A stretch of DNA of 63,295 nucleotides, filler included, from Squatina squatina (taxonomy: Eukaryota), in NCBI GenBank assembly GCA_031763465.1. It is 4 parts of 4 records of this genome, joined end to end, with 100 filler letters (N's around TTAATTAATTAA, not from the genome) between each part and the next. Parts side by side here need not be neighbours in the genome. Positions count along the whole stretch, not along the records: positions 49,445 to 63,295 come from JARFOE010000004.1; 3 more parts are not named here. One strand, given 5' to 3'. A program made the position numbers and the translations under genes. Each line of letters opens with the position of its first letter. Positions within the stretch are counted from its first letter, which is position 1. Positions 63,088 through 63,295 of this stretch are shown here, piece after piece. Under the pieces are notes generated by a model that had not been told where the DNA came from, did not search any database, and saw nothing but the letters and a program-made list of their open reading frames with translations.

Positions 63088-63295
63088 CTGGAAAACAAAG
63101 AAATCCAGGGAAAAACCTGCAACATCATGTAAAATCTCACAGAAAAATCATTAAAGTTTTGAAAATGCATTATCCACTTGAAATAATACATTTTCTAGAA
63201 ATTAAAGTACTAAAGCTGCTTTAATTTTAACATTCACATTGAGACCATTTTTCTGAATATTGGCATAGCCTGTGTATAATTAACACTAATGCAAC

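Noticed and set aside
1-63295. CRISPR array, operon, prophage or other prokaryotic system
   Set aside because: The sequence is vertebrate with spliced exons. Recurrent sequences are dispersed retroelement ends, not regularly spaced repeats.

Overview
This is eukaryotic DNA from a cartilaginous fish (shark-type CR1/L2 LINEs, Deu-domain SINE, Harbinger elements), taken from a heavily gapped short-read scaffold. It is not a natural continuous locus. Three identical artificial linkers (44 N + TTAATTAATTAA + 44 N) split it into four blocks that carry exons of unrelated vertebrate loci. Block 1 (1-14195) holds the 5' end of PITX2 on the minus strand: promoter, non-coding exon 1 and the isoform-b exon. 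Block 2 (14296-27196) holds a FOXN3 exon. Block 3 (27297-49344) holds an RFX3 exon and a TATA/AP-1/TEAD promoter that may belong to GLIS3. Block 4 (49445-end) holds CCN2 exons 4-5 (+) converging on ENPP1- and ENPP3-type exons (-), the conserved vertebrate arrangement. Gene calls rest on my own translations of splice-bounded exons compared with remembered vertebrate proteins; no search was run, and exon numbers follow the human genes. The rest is intronic or intergenic DNA with decayed transposons. Best leads: an intact but 5'-decapitated CCN2 abutting a hAT-like terminus, a conserved PITX2b exon in a chondrichthyan, minimal hammerhead-ribozyme motifs in Penelope-like termini, and a nested antisense CR1 insertion with a 7-bp TSD. 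I found no prokaryotic-type system, CRISPR array, rRNA or tRNA gene, and no convincing wholly new biological system.
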